From Macrostomum hystrix (Eukaryota > Animalia > Platyhelminthes): a stretch of 64,000 nt of DNA. Location of the stretch: positions 1,364,001 to 1,428,000 of the forward strand of contig CATNEN010000033.1 in the NCBI GenBank assembly GCA_950097015.1, in the 5' to 3' direction. The notes below the pieces were generated by a model that was not told the origin of the DNA, did no database searches, and was given only the letters and a program-made list of their open reading frames with translations. The position numbers and the translations under genes were made by a program. Below, piece after piece: positions 1 through 12,497 of this stretch; position 1 is the first letter of the stretch; every line of letters begins with the position of its first letter.

Positions 1-241
1 ACATACGACTCACATCTCGATCAGACGACCCACATCCTATTCAACTCATATCCCGTTCGACCCATAATTCAATCCACATCCCACTACCTTCATCTAAATG
101 CCATTAAACTGAGCCTTCTTAATCCCAGTCGAATGGCATCCGTTCCACTTGAAAGCTTGTTAGTAAGAAATACCCCTATAAGCTATGCTCTACAAACACA
201 GCTCTACGTACATACTCTGAATCAATGACTCAGACACCCAC

Positions 242-1353
242 CTGACTGGTGCCAGCCGTTCTCGGGCTGGCGATCGAGTCGCACCGCCGGCGACCTGCTA
301 TCCTGCGAGACGTCGCCGCTTCGACTGCCACCGCTGCCAGCTAGCTCCACCGGAGTCAGTTCTCGGCCGCAGGCAATGAAGGTGTCGTGGTCCTTAAACT
401 CGCGAAAGAGCTGGGAGAAGCTTTCCACCTGCATAGCGACGAGTTCAGGTGTTATAATTAGCACTTTAAGGACGAATTTTCGACTAGGCGAACCGATTAT
501 GAATCCTCAAGCCAAGACAAGTCGATCGACTCACCCGCCTGTATGGAGGCAGCGCGGTGTACAAAGCCCGCACCGGGGGCCCGGACATGATCAACAGGCT
601 GGCGAAGTCAGCCAGTAGGTCCTCGAACATCAGCCTCGTGCCTGGATTCACCAGCACTTTCTCGCGCGAGCCGCGATGCGTATTGCTCACGACGGTGATC
701 AGACGGATTCCGCGAGGCGGCACCGACTGCGAGGAACTTGTCGACGATTTGTCGGCGCCGTTTCGACGATGGTAGTGCCGACTGTCCCGCCTGGCCAGCA
801 GGCGAATGTCTGCTTGGCGCATCCGGCCGGCCACAGAGCTGGGGTCACGTGCTTCCGTCAACCATGGCTTCTCGCTGACGTCGACAGCGGTGCCGTCGCC
901 GCTGCCATAGTCGAGTCCGCGGACGAGACGTCGGACGCCGGAAACAGCGTACCGGCCACCCGGCTGCAGATCAGCGACGTCTCGCACCGGACGACCGTCT
1001 GGCAGGCGCAGGATGTGGCGGACTCCGGAAGTTGTCGGGATCTTCTCGCCCAACCAGACGAGCAGTGACTCCATGGAGACGAAGGCCTTCTGGCTGATGG
1101 ACGCGTTGAGGCCCTTGAAGTACGGATCGCCATTGCGGTAGAATGTGACAAGACGGCCGCGTCTCGAGCCGACATGGATGCCGGTGGCCTGGGCGGAGAT
1201 GTCTGCGCGAGTAGACGGGAGGTGCGGCAAGAATCGAGTCGGTGCGACACCATCAGGAAATGTGGGCTTGAGTTTATGAACTTTGAAGATTGGATTCGAC
1301 CTCTTAGATTGAAAGCCTCTTGAAGTCTCTGACCTCTGCACGAAACAACTCAC
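242..1353 (-). CDS. Tandem doublecortin (DCX)-domain protein, partial multi-exon gene
   Basis: DCX1 'RLVTFYRNGDPYFKG...LPDGRPVRDVADLQPGGRYAVSG'. DCX2 is split by a phase-0 GT-AG intron (429-534) that joins 'ALPPYRR|VESFSQLFREFKDHDTFIACGRE'. Next donor at 241. True start codon not resolved. Confidence 0.8.
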
Positions 1354-1933
1354 CTGGTAGTCTCAATCGCTGCTCATGAGTCAGCGGCTCTGGAAAGTAA
1401 TTCTCAGAGTCCGAGTCCCGATAATCCCAGTAGCCATTTGCTGCCATGGGTTCGGCCATGAACGCGGAAGGAGTTTGTGGTTACAAGCCCCTAGCTTCTA
1501 TCGGCTAGCACGACGCCTAGAAACTGTAGCCCCGCTCGCTAATCTACAGCTCGCACGACTATCAAAAGGTGTGCTCAAAAATGAGAGGTTGGTTAGAGAA
1601 GGACTTAATTGGACACTAAGAAAATGTGAATTTAAAGCTGCTCACACTGCGCCTACATGAGTTCATCACTGTGTAGTCAGTACAGCTCAGCTCAGTGTGA
1701 ACAGAGAGGAAAGAAAAAAATGGTGCAACAATAGGCCAACCTCAATACTTCATCTTTATTACTCTGTTCTACTCAGATCTTGTCTGAAACTCTCAGAGGT
1801 TCAATTGTTCAACTAGCGAATAGAAAAGCACTGTGCGGGTGGATCAACTTCGCCTCATTAAACCTGTGAATTCCGCTGCTTGGCCTTGTACATAATGCAT
1901 TAATGTAACCAGACAGCACTCATTGAAATCTAC

Positions 1934-2332
1934 TTGACTGGCACGTTTACACATAATGAGGAGATAAACAATCTGCTTTACTGCGATGACTTAGTAATAT
2001 TCGACGAAAATTTAGTAGAAATTCAAATGGGCCTAGTCAAAGTCTCAGAATTCTTTCAAATCCAGAAACTAGAAATCAACATACAGAAAACCAAGCTAAT
2101 GAGCTGGAACTACCAGAAACTAGAAATCAACATACAGAAAACCAAGCTAATGAGCTGGAACTACCAGAAACTAGAAATCAACATACAGAAAACCAAGCTA
2201 ATGAGCTGGAACTACCTCCCTAAGGATAGAGCGCGACTGTTTTTACAGGGTCGCCTAGTTGAATCCGTCCAGGAATGGAATCCTCTTAATACTAGAATTA
2301 AATTGAACTGTGGCATTCAGCCGCACATGTAG
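1934..2332 (+). pseudogene. Decayed non-LTR reverse transcriptase fragment with an internal 51-bp triplication
   Basis: 'LLYCDDLVIF...LEINIQKTKLM' resembles the YADD motif and the downstream 'L.IN..KTK.M' motif of LINE RTs. QKLEINIQKTKLMSWNY occurs three times. Confidence 0.6.
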
Positions 2333-2377
2333 GTAATGTTAAACCACAGGTATGGACACCATTTATCAGCATATTTA

Positions 2378-2985
2378 GCTCATGTCTTGTCACACATGTA
2401 GCTCATGTCGTGTCACATCTGCAGCTCATGTCTAGTCACATATGTAGCTCATGTCGTGTCACATCTGTAGCTCATGTCTTGTCACACCTGCAGCTCATGT
2501 CTAGTCACATATGTAGCTCATGTCGTGTCACATATGTAGCTCATGTCGTGTCACACCAGCAGCTCATGTCTTGTCACACCTGTAGCTCAAGTCGTGTCAC
2601 ATCTGCAGCTCATGTCTAGTCACATATGTAGCTCATGTCGTGTCACATCTGTAGCTCATGTCTTGTCACACCTGCAGCTCATGTCTAGTCACATATGTAG
2701 CTCATGTCGTGTCACATATGTAGCTCATGTCGTGTCACACCAGCAGCTCATGTCTTGTCACACCTGTAGCTCAAGTCGTGTTACATCTGCAGCTCATGTC
2801 TTGTCACATATGTAGCTCATGTCGTGTCACATCTGTAGCTCATGTCGTGTCACATCTGTAGCTCATGTCTTGTCACATATGTAGCTCATGTCTTGTCACA
2901 TCTGTAGCTCATGTCTTGTCACATCTGTAGCTCATGTCTTGTCACATCTGTAGCTCATGTCCTGTCACATCCGTAGCTCATGTTA
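2378..2985. repeat. 23-bp minisatellite (GCTCATGTCTTGTCACATCTGTA) with a 184-bp higher-order period
   Basis: Direct reading. A variant pattern recurs at 2411, 2595 and 2779 (184 = 8 x 23). Confidence 0.9.
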
Positions 2986-2987
2986 AC

Positions 2988-4100
2988 TAATGTCCCCTCA
3001 GCGTCAGAGAACCGATGTCCCCTCAGCAGCAGAGAACCAATTTCCCATCAGCAGCAGAGAAATAATGTCCCCCCAGCAGCAGGGAACTAATGTCCCCTCA
3101 GCAGCAGAGAACTAATGTCCCCCCAGCAGCAGAGAAATAATGTCCCCTCAGCAGCAGAGAACCAATTTCCCCTCAGCAGCAGAGAACCAATTTCCCCTCA
3201 GCAGCAGAGAACCAATGTGCCCTCAGCAGCAGAGAAATAATGTCCCCTCAGCAGCAGATAAATAATGTGCCCTTTAATAGCAGAGAAATAATGTCCCCTC
3301 AGCAGAAGAGAAATAATATCCCCTCAGCAGCAGAGAAATAATGTCCCCTCAGCAGCAGAGAACCAATTTCCCCTCAGCAGCAGAGAACCAATGTGCCCTC
3401 AGCAGCAGAGAAATAATGTCCCCTCAGCAGCAGAGAAATAATGTGCCCTTTAATAGCAGAGAAATAATGTCCCCTCAGCAGAAGAGAAATAATGTCCCCT
3501 CAGCAGCAGAGAAATAATGTCCCCTCAGCAGCAGAGAAATAATGTCCCCTCAGCAGCAGAGAACCAATGTCCCCTCAGCAGCAGAGAAATAATGTCCCCT
3601 CAGCAGCAGAGAACCAATGTCCCCTCAGCAGCAGAGAACCAATGTCCCCTCAGCAGCAGAGAACCAATGTGCCCTCAGCAGCAGAGAAATAATGTCCCCT
3701 CAGCAGAAGAGAAATAATGTCCCCTCAGCAGCAGAGAAATAATGTCCTCTCAGCAGCAGAGAAATAATGTCCCCTCAGCAGCAGAGAACCAATGTCCCCT
3801 CAGCAGCAGAGAAATAATGTCCCCTCAGCAGCAGAGAAATAATGTCCCCTCAGCAGCAGAGAAATAATGTCCCCTCAGCAGCAGAGAAATAATGTCCCCT
3901 CAGCAGCAGAGAAATAATGTCCCCTCAGCAGCAGAGAAATAATGTCCCCTCAGCAGCAGAGAAATAATGTCCCCTCAGCAGCAGAGAACCAATGTCCCCT
4001 CAGCAGCAGAGAACCAATGTGCCCTCAGCAGCAGAGAAATAATGTCCCCTCAGCAGCAGAGAACCAATGTCCCCTCAGCAGCAGAGAACCAATTTCCCCC
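2988..4100. repeat. 25-bp minisatellite (AATGTCCCCTCAGCAGCAGAGAAAT)
   Basis: About 44 head-to-tail units with AAAT/ACC variants. Confidence 0.95.
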
Positions 4101-4324
4101 AAACAGAAGCGAACCTCCATAATACAAGGCTACCAAACCTCCAGCTAGAAATTTATGCCCTCTATCTTTTACATGGAATCATTGCCCACATATAGCAGAG
4201 AAACGAGTTTACTCAGCCCAACAGGCAACAAATATCTCCTGTTACATCTCCTGTTACATGTGGCACTGTTAGACTCCTTAGAAAACTGTTAGACTACATT
4301 ATTAACTTTTCAGCATATTTAAAA

Positions 4325-4480
4325 ACTTTTAGACGCATTTAGAAAATTAGTAATGAATGGACACATTTAGAAAACTGTTGGACGCTTTTAGAAAACTGTG
4401 GACACATTTAGAAAACTGTTGGACACTTTCGGAAAACTGTTGGACACATTTAGAAAACTGTTGGATACACTTAGAAAACT
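4325..4480. repeat. Degenerate 21-bp repeat (TAGAAAACTGTTGGACACATT)
   Basis: About 7 diverged units. Confidence 0.7.
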
Positions 4481-4996
4481 GTTTGGCCGACTTTCGCTTA
4501 CTTCGAGCCCCAGCTCCACCAACCGAAACGTCCTTGACTAGATTTTTCATCACGCCGTTGAAAAATGCACAGACGATTCCTTCTTTCACATCATGGCCAT
4601 CCGTGAACATCGTCTGACCCATGAAATGTTCCAGATAGTTGCTGTCATCCATCATCTCATCGACAATGTGACAGAACAGCTGCATCTGGCTATTATATAG
4701 AAGTCCTTGGGTAGAGTACACCAAGTCAAGGCCCCAACCCAAGTTTGTTCTTAGACAAAATTTGTGCGACAGAAGAAAATGAGCCGAAGCATCAGTGAAC
4801 AGAAGCAGAAAAAGGCAACAGATGAGCAGAGAAGCATGAGCACCAGAATCAAAAGAAGCAGAAGCTGACGTAAGAAATACCCGTGGCACCAACGACAGCA
4901 AGCACGAGACATCGCGAATATCGACATTTTGTGCGCCTCGACAAGACGCCGCTGTTGAGTTTGGATTTTTTTCATTTTCCCTTGTTCAATCGTTCA

Positions 4997-5983
4997 ATGT
5001 TTAGCGTTTCGTCCAAAGAAGGTCAGCGCCAGTTCGTGTACTCCCAATGGAACTTGGGCAAGCGAGTCAGTGAAATTGTAAGCCAGCTGACTGAAATCCA
5101 CGGAGTGAGTGCCAACTCGAAGAGTGCTGTCTATCGCTAGTTTGAAGAGTTCAGTCATGGGCGAACAGACGTTGCCGATGACACAGCCAACCGTGGCCGT
5201 CCGATCTCTCCATCAACAAAGGCACTGATTGAAAGGGTGAAGGAAATCGTTCACGCAAATCCCCGTTTGACTGCAAGAGAGTTGGCGGATCGACTGGGAA
5301 GTCCAAAAACTTCAATTCATCGGATCTTGTCTGTGGATCTTGGTATGGGTGATACTGACGGCGAGATGGGTGCCCCGTTTGTTGACAGAAGAAATGAAAA
5401 CTGTAAGAATGAAGTGCTGCAGGGAGAATCTTGAGCTGGTGCGTGATGCTGGTGGATGGGAGAGTTTCCGACCCTATCTGGTGACCGGCGATGAAACCTG
5501 GATACCGCACTTTGACCCTGAGACCAAGCAGGAAAGCAACGTGTAGGCGTTGAAGGGTTCAGATCCACCTGTGAAGGCGAAGCGAGACCAGCACTGCAAG
5601 AAGATCATGTTGACCTTTTTCTTCGATCAAGAAGGTCCCCTGACCATCGAATTCCTTGAGCCTAACAGCACGGTTAACTCTGACCGGTACACGGAGACGC
5701 TGACTAAGCTGAAATCAGACATCCGCAAAAAGCGCAGGACTGCGATGAAACCTCACCTCCTGTTGCACGACAACGCTCGGCCTCACACGGCCAAGAAAAC
5801 GCTTGATCGTATCAACGAACTCAATTTTGATCTGCTTGCGCACCCGCCCTACTCACCAGACTTGGCTCCTTGCGACAACACAATTTTCCCTCAGTTAAAG
5901 AAGCACCTGCGGGGGCGCATCTTTGACCATCGCGACAACTTGGAAGGTGAAGTCAGGCGGGTTCTGCTGCACGAAATTCCGCG
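4997..5983 (+). mobile_element. Mariner (DD34D) transposase pseudogene, 3'-truncated
   Basis: HTH region, WVPRLL, TGDETW, HDNARPH and YSPDLAPCD, with exactly 34 residues between the 2nd and 3rd Asp. Two TGG->TAG stops (5138, 5544) and a frameshift near 5347. Confidence 0.92.
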
Positions 5984-7489
5984 TGGGAGGGAGCGAAGGA
6001 CTCTGTCCAGCTCGCGAGACGAGAATTGCTTGCTAAAGTCTCCTGCCTCCGGGCTGTCAGCTTGTGCGGCGGCGCGGCTGCGGTGGTTCTCGCGGCGGAG
6101 GATGCGCGTCCTGCGGTCTTGCGGAAGGCGGCTCACGGCGGCGTACTCCTTGGCGTAAGCCTCGGCGATGTCCTTTGGTCGGACGTAGAGCTTCTGGCCC
6201 ACACGGAGCGCTGCATCCCGCTGCAGGTTGTTGCTTCGGCCGTCAAGGGAGCGAACGACTCTCCAGATCTTGGAGTGGTCTGTGTCCGCTGCCACCTCGC
6301 CGGCGAAGGCCCTCCAGCTGTCGCGCTTGGCGTCGGCGATGATCTTCTTGGCGTCTGCGCTGGCCTTGTTCCAGGCCGGCCGCTCGTTCGGATCGGCAGC
6401 GGCGGCGGCCCGCGCGGCCCGACGGCTCTTCACGGCGTCATCGACCTCCGGGGTCCACCAGGCCTTCGGGGACGGCCGGGCCCCTCGCGGGATGAACGCC
6501 TTGTCGGCCGTCATGATGGCCTCGGTCAGCAGCCGGTTGGCTTCGGTAGCCGTCGCGGGCGGCAGGGCGTCCCAGCCAGCCAGGGCCTCCTCGGTCTGCG
6601 CGCGGAAGCCGGCCCAGTCCGACTTGGCCCAGGCCCGCCGGGCGGCGCCCGCTCGTTTGGCTGCGCTTCGGCTGCCATGAATGATGACGCTGATCGGCAG
6701 GTGGTCCGATCCGACGTCCCTCCGCACCTGCCACTCAGCCCGGCTGGCGAGCGACTTGTGGCACAGGCTGACGTCGGGCGCCGTCTGCCGAGCATCGGCG
6801 CGGCGCGGCATGTGGGTGTGGCTGCCGTCATTCAGGATGCGCATGCCGGATATAACGGACCATTCAAAGGCGGCCGTGCCCAGGTCCGTCTCTTCCGATT
6901 CGGGGTCCCAGGCCGGGTGGTGCGCGTTGAGGTCCCCCAGGATCACCGTGCTGGCACCTGACGGGAGCCACTGGGGGTTGAAACGCTGCACGCAGTCGTC
7001 GCCTTCGGCGTTTCTGATGGGCGGCACGTACAGGCAGTGAATGTCCAGGCTCTCGACCGTCTTCTCAGATGGGAAAACCCGGATGCCGGCCCACTCGGTG
7101 GAGACGTCCTCGGGGGCGCAGGGCCGCTCATGCAGCACCTCGTAGCGCAGCCCCTCGCGGATAAGGATCGCGACCCCTCCGCCACGGGTGGGGCCACCTG
7201 AGCGCCGGCCGCTCTGTCTGTGGCGCCAGACTGCATTGAAGCCCGGCAGGCGTGGTTCTCTTCCTTCGGCGGTGTGGGTCTCTTGAAGACAGGCCACGTC
7301 AACGCGCAGGTCCAAGAGCATCTTGCACAGTTCGGGCGTCTTGGCAACGACGCCCTCTGCGTTGAGTTGCAGGAGGTGCAGGCTGCTGGGGGCCTGAGCG
7401 CGCGCGGACCGTCGGTCGGGCTGGCGCTTCGCGCCGCCGGGGGCCCACCGTTGAGGCTCGGCAGGCTGCGTCGGCAGTTGGTCAGTCAT
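5977..7489 (-). mobile_element. I-group (Ingi-like) non-LTR retrotransposon ORF: APE endonuclease and linker, truncated just before the RT domain
   Basis: APE motifs LQLNAEG, CLQET, GGGVAILI, GDLNAHH, PDVSL and SDHLPI, then WWTPE. Ends at 'LDRVLRSLPRG', where KAPGPDG normally follows. No gag-like ORF1 between the ribozyme and the ATG. Confidence 0.85.
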
Positions 7490-7583
7490 TTAGGACCGGT
7501 TCGGACCGCCAGATGCTTGTTGGGCGGTGAGATAGGGCTGTGCTGTGCTGTGCTGTGCTGGGCTTTGGGAGGGCCCGTTTGAT

Positions 7584-7650
7584 GGCCTGCATTTCGTAGG
7601 ACTTGCGTCCTCCGGGGGGCACCTCGTGGAGGTGCAGACCATTGCCCCCC
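7584..7650 (-). ncRNA. HDV-like self-cleaving ribozyme at the 5' end of the Ingi-like element
   Basis: P1 GGGGGGC/GCCCCCC; P2 GGUCUGC/GCAGGCC; P3 ACC/GGU; L3 UCCACGA; P1.1 CC/GG; P4 AGGAC-GCAA-GUCCU; J4/2 A-C-GAA with catalytic C at 7596. Confidence 0.88.
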
Positions 7651-8102
7651 AGCCAGCCGGCTCGCTAAGCCGGGTGTGAGAAGTCACGCCACCATTTCGC
7701 ACCTCCCTAGGCCCCTCTATCTCGCTCTCGCGTTTGCTGTAAATATAAATATACGTGCCATGCAGCACACTAACTTCGCTGCCACTCTAACTTCGTAAAC
7801 AAAAGGCTTTCCGCCTTACGTATATATATATATATACAAACTCAAGACATTTAGTATAGTAGGAAGGAAGCTGACGGGGCTAAAACTTCCTGCAGCTTAT
7901 TACCATTGTTTTCTATCTTTCCTCCTCACTGACAATCCCTTACAAGCGGCCACGCTGTAAGTCAGTTGAGTTGATTGACAAGACTGCACCTGAATTCATC
8001 CCATGCTTTCACGAGTACTTAAAAAATATTTTCAAAATTTTGTAATTTTCACAGGGCACTTTTGAGGGAAAAATGAATGCTAAAGTCACTTCTGTGGCCT
8101 CA

Positions 8103-8344
8103 CCTGCACCCGGCGCAATCTTCCTGCGCCGCTGAGCCCTCAGCTCGTCGCGACGGCGCAGGATGTGCCTCAGGCTGGCGGGATCTGGCGGACCAACCGT
8201 GGAAGTCTCTCTCGGAATGGACTGCCTGACACTTTCATCTGACCGCTGCTGCTGCTGCTGATCATTGCAGCTGTCGTTCGTGCTGACGGAGTACAATCTG
8301 CGATACATTCTGTGGCTGTCAGCCAAGTTGCCAGGCCGGCTCAC
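8103..8344 (-). CDS. Possible coding exon of unknown gene (perhaps an upstream exon of the DCX gene)
   Basis: GC-rich, Gln/Arg-rich open frame ending at a donor-like G|GTGAGG. No recognisable domain. Confidence 0.25.
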
Positions 8345-10299
8345 TAAGCAGCTGTGCTCTTATGTTTCGATAGTCGGTAGGGCATTTTTCTCGCTCTCCT
8401 TTCACTCCGGTCTCACCTTTCCTCAGGTGAGCTTTAACACCCCCGCCTAAAGAGGAGTCTTTCCAGCACGTCCTAGAGTTTTACCGGTCGTCATAGTAAC
8501 AGAAAGCTCTTCCTTCTAAAGCATCAGTCTCTTAGCCCATTCTTTCTTGCTTTCCGTCTCTGCCTCTCCCTTCAATCTTCCGCATTGGCGCCGATCTGCC
8601 ACAAATATTGGTGGCTGCGCAGGCTGGTGGTCTTGTCCTGATATCAGCTCAGAGGCCTGCTCACATTTTGTCTCAGCGTACTATCGTGTTGCTCAGTCAT
8701 CTCTGAGCTTCTCCGCAGCAGCATAAGGCAGTGCTCATGATTTGGTGACTGCTCCTGTCTGACTGTTGCTTCTTCGCTCTGATCCCAAAAAAACTACGAA
8801 ATTTCTGGCCTATCGGATGAACATGACATAAGCTAGCTACTCAAAGTAGGTAGAAGGAATAGCAATAAAATCAAGATGTAATTAGTTGGTCTCTCTTTGT
8901 GGCAGACACAAAAAGTGCAAATGCTAACAGCATTCTACGGGAATCCCTGGGAATACCGCAGCCTTCACATGTCTCATCTTTCACCTGTCTCATCCCTCAC
9001 CTGTCTCATCCCTCACCTGTCGATCACCCTTCACCTGTTTCATCCTTCACCCGTCTCATCCTTCGCCTGTCTCATCTCTGCCCGGTCCCATTGGTCCTGT
9101 CAATCGTGCTCACTGACCTTTCTAGAATTCTCTCTTTTGCCTTTGAGGCCCATAACTTTGCCGACTCTTGTTTTAAACTGCTTTATCGAAGAACATATCA
9201 AATAGCTAAGGAATCCAAAATATAGATTCCTTACCTTTCATTCAGCGGTAAAAACGAATACTTAAACGGCGCGCTTCCATTCCTCAGCTTTACTATAAAA
9301 TCTACAGTTTATGGACAGTGACTGAGGCCACTGAGTCAGAGTCCACAAAAGTTGTTAGATACTATGAAAACTTATTTTAAAAAGCTGGTACTGTTCTTGT
9401 GAGAACGGAGTGACCCACCGCAGGAAAAGTTGGGGCGGCGCTCCCCTGAATCCACCGCTGCATCTCAAAATGTTGGGATCTACTCACAGCTCAGCAGTGA
9501 CAGAAGATCCTCGCCCTCGGAGCCCCAGTCCTCGAGGCTGTCTTCTGAAGCTGTTCCAAGCGACTCACCCTGGGAACATGCCGCTGTCAGGTCCTGGATT
9601 GATTCAGTAAATGATGCCCTTCACAGCCGCTATTTGAAGGAATCTATCTAAAAAGATAGTTTAAAAAACTCACCGAGCTACGGGAGCCCAGCTCCGCCAG
9701 ATAATGCGAATACATGCCTCAGTACGCCGACTGCATGAGCTGCTCAGAATTTTTATCGGCTGCTAATTCAATAAAAAAACACAATGCAGGAATGGGAAGA
9801 AAGTACAGTATCACAAAGCAACTGGCTTGGGCTGAGGAGCTGTCAGGTATAGTGGTAGGTGATTCAGATTGATATTTTTGTCAATTCCCTCTGTCTAAAC
9901 ATTGGATTTGAATTTGTACATTCGTCAAATGTGATACTGGAGCGATATAACATACAAACATACAACATACAAAGATCATCAGGAACTCCATATTATTGTG
10001 TTGTGCTATTTTTAGCATCAAGGTCAAAGATGCACCAGACGGACGCGTGACTTTATTCAACATCTTCGTTTCAGTGCAAAACCACTCTTGATCCGAGGTC
10101 AATGGGCATGCGCTGCCTGTGTGATTTGCAAAGTACAAATAAATCAATAACTTTTTTCTGTCTAGTTTGGAAAGTCGATTAAATATTGAAGTAAATGAAA
10201 AACCTATCGGAAAATAGTGCCGAAGAAGAATCACACCATTGCAAAAATACTGAGTAAACACCAGAGTAGCAGACATTAAAACACCATCAAAGTAAAGCA

Positions 10300-10520
10300 G
10301 ATTCTAGCTGTGACTACTGCTGCGATTCTAGCTGTGCCTACTGCTGCGATTCTAGCTGTGACTACTGCTGTGATTCTAGCTGTGACTACTGCTGCGATTC
10401 TAGCTGTGACTACTGCTGCGATTCTAGCTGTGACTACTGCTGCGATTCTAGCTGTGACTACAGCTGCGATTCTAGCTGTGACTACTGCTGCGATTCTAGC
10501 TGTGCCTACTGCTGCGATTC
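10300..10520. repeat. 24-bp minisatellite (GATTCTAGCTGTGACTACTGCTGC)
   Basis: About 9 near-identical units. Confidence 0.95.
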
Positions 10521-11597
10521 TCTCTTTGGGGAGAATTCTAGAACTCCTTGAGCTTCTGCGCCCATTGTATCTACAGCTTGACTACTCAAGATATGAAAAT
10601 ATCTTCGACTTTGGTGAAAATTTTCGACAAAGATAAGAGACGGGATGTCTACGAGGCAAGTGTTTGAGCATAGGCTACTCAATCTTAGCAAGCAGCTGGA
10701 CAAGGTGTATAATTCCGAAAGCTCGGCATCAACTTTCTTGCCCCCGAATTCGCTGCAGTGTTCTCGCCAGAAGCGGCCACGGTGGCCATTTGTCACTGCG
10801 TCAGTGCCTCAGCTGTGCTAGCGAGGCTCGTCGCAGCTCTTTGACCACCCCTCTGTCTCTCCCTGTTGCTTGATCCACTGATCTGAATCTAGAAACTGGA
10901 GTGACTCCCCGGCCAAAGCCACATTTTCCGGTCCAGTATGTGCTTACTGGCTGTCCCGAGAATTCACTGGGCAGATAGGAAATTCTAACGGCAAAAAATG
11001 CTTAAAGGCAAAAACTTAAGTCGAAGCTTGTGTGTATGCTTGATCGATGCACTCGAGCTTATCTGATTAACCCTTAGAGGGTGGCCCAAGCACTACCGCT
11101 CCCTCTTTTGCGCAGAAGAGCTGTGTAAAAATCATTTAATCACAGGAAAAATAAATCATAATGATAATAATTATGACTAAAAATATGAGAAACAGTCAGG
11201 CGCATCCAGAGTATAATTGCAGCCAAGGCGAAAGGTAAGGATTCAGTGCTCAGCGAACTATCCTCCAGAGAATCTGGGGAACCAAAAATAGAACCTCTTC
11301 CCAGCTGGCTGCTGGACTGGTAAGATTATTTTTGGGATCGAATGTGGGCCCAATGACAGCTGAGGCTCCTGGTCCCCCAGCCGGGGCCTATCCGGACATT
11401 GCGCTTGAGGAGGGCTATAGATATTTAAGCCGGAGGTGGCCGCTCGCAACTCGCTCTCTACTCTCTCATGACCAGCTCTCATTCTCAGTGGCTCTCTGTC
11501 TCTCTCGATTGTCTTTTAAAACGCGCCCCAGGTGCTGCCAGTGACTTGTTACAACGGTTTTAATCGGTAAGCACCCAACATTTTCCTACAGTTCGTG

Positions 11598-11780
11598 TAC
11601 GAGGGGCATTCAAAAAGTTTTGGCAACTAACCCAATATCTTCAAAAGTACACATCACAAAGCGTTTAAAAATTTTTTACGAAATCGCAGACATATATTGG
11701 TTGTAACCATAGAGTAAGACTTTCTTCACTCGAATGTGTTATACTTGCGCGTGGCCAACGCAAGGTGGTGTTTTACACTC
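11598..11780 (+). mobile_element. Orphan mariner-like left end (TIR remnant)
   Basis: TA followed by CGAGGGGCATTCAAAAAGTT resembles common mariner TIR starts. No matching right TIR was found. Confidence 0.45.
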
Positions 11781-12497
11781 TGTCAAAAATTGCAAAAAAA
11801 TATTGCTCGTATTGCAAAAAAAAAGAATTTTAGAAGTTGAAATCAAGGGTTTTTCAGCCACGGTAACGTTAAATCATTTTTTTAAATTTCCATGGAAACA
11901 GCTGATGCAATATTAATACGCTTAAAAAGCGAACTCTTTGTAATGCTTCTCTCGAGGAGGCCCCCAGCACCGGATGCCACAGCGGGAACCGGTGATAACA
12001 AGCTGTCACATTGTGTTCGTGGAAACTCCAGTTGCATCTGCTGGGACTCAAATCTCAAAGCTGCTCTGCTTCCGTCCAGCAACCCATCATCGTCTTTTGC
12101 TTTCTCCCAGGACCGCAGCAGCCTGGCAGGGTCAATCATCGATCCCAGCTCTGTCTGTTTCCTGGAACTCTCGTAAACGAAGCCATTGTGATTTGGCGAC
12201 TCTCTCATAGCTGGAGCAGTTGAAAGTTTTGGAAATGAGAGATTTGCTCCAAGTGTTTTATGGGTTGTTGCAAGTTTGCTTTGAAAATGTGGGAAGGGAC
12301 ATGGAAAGGACAGACCAAATTGTCAAACTTGAAGTCCCGAAAATCGAAAATGCTGCCCTGAAGGGATCAATGCCAATCAGATCAGTAGGAAGGACATTCT
12401 TAAGCGATTGATTGCTGACAACATAATCACAAAAACAAAAACGCTTTCCCTCCCCACTTTTTTACTGCAGTCGGAGCCACAAGCTAGCACCATAGCC

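Noticed and set aside
6026-6961. Long antisense ORFs over the LINEs, tubulin and EGF gene (e.g. 6026-6961, 19086-19760, 49783-50709, 60109-61671)
   Set aside because: Shadow frames of GC-rich coding sequence with no independent motifs.
7490-7583. 2A-like (D-x-E-x-NPGP) peptide expected in some Ingi elements
   Set aside because: CCGAACCGGTCCT is vaguely similar, but no frame gives DxExNPGP and it is not in frame with the ORF.
11067-11080. TTAACCCTTAGAG here and near 51745 as piggyBac-like ends
   Set aside because: Same orientation, 40 kb apart, no transposase or inverted partner. Too short to support.
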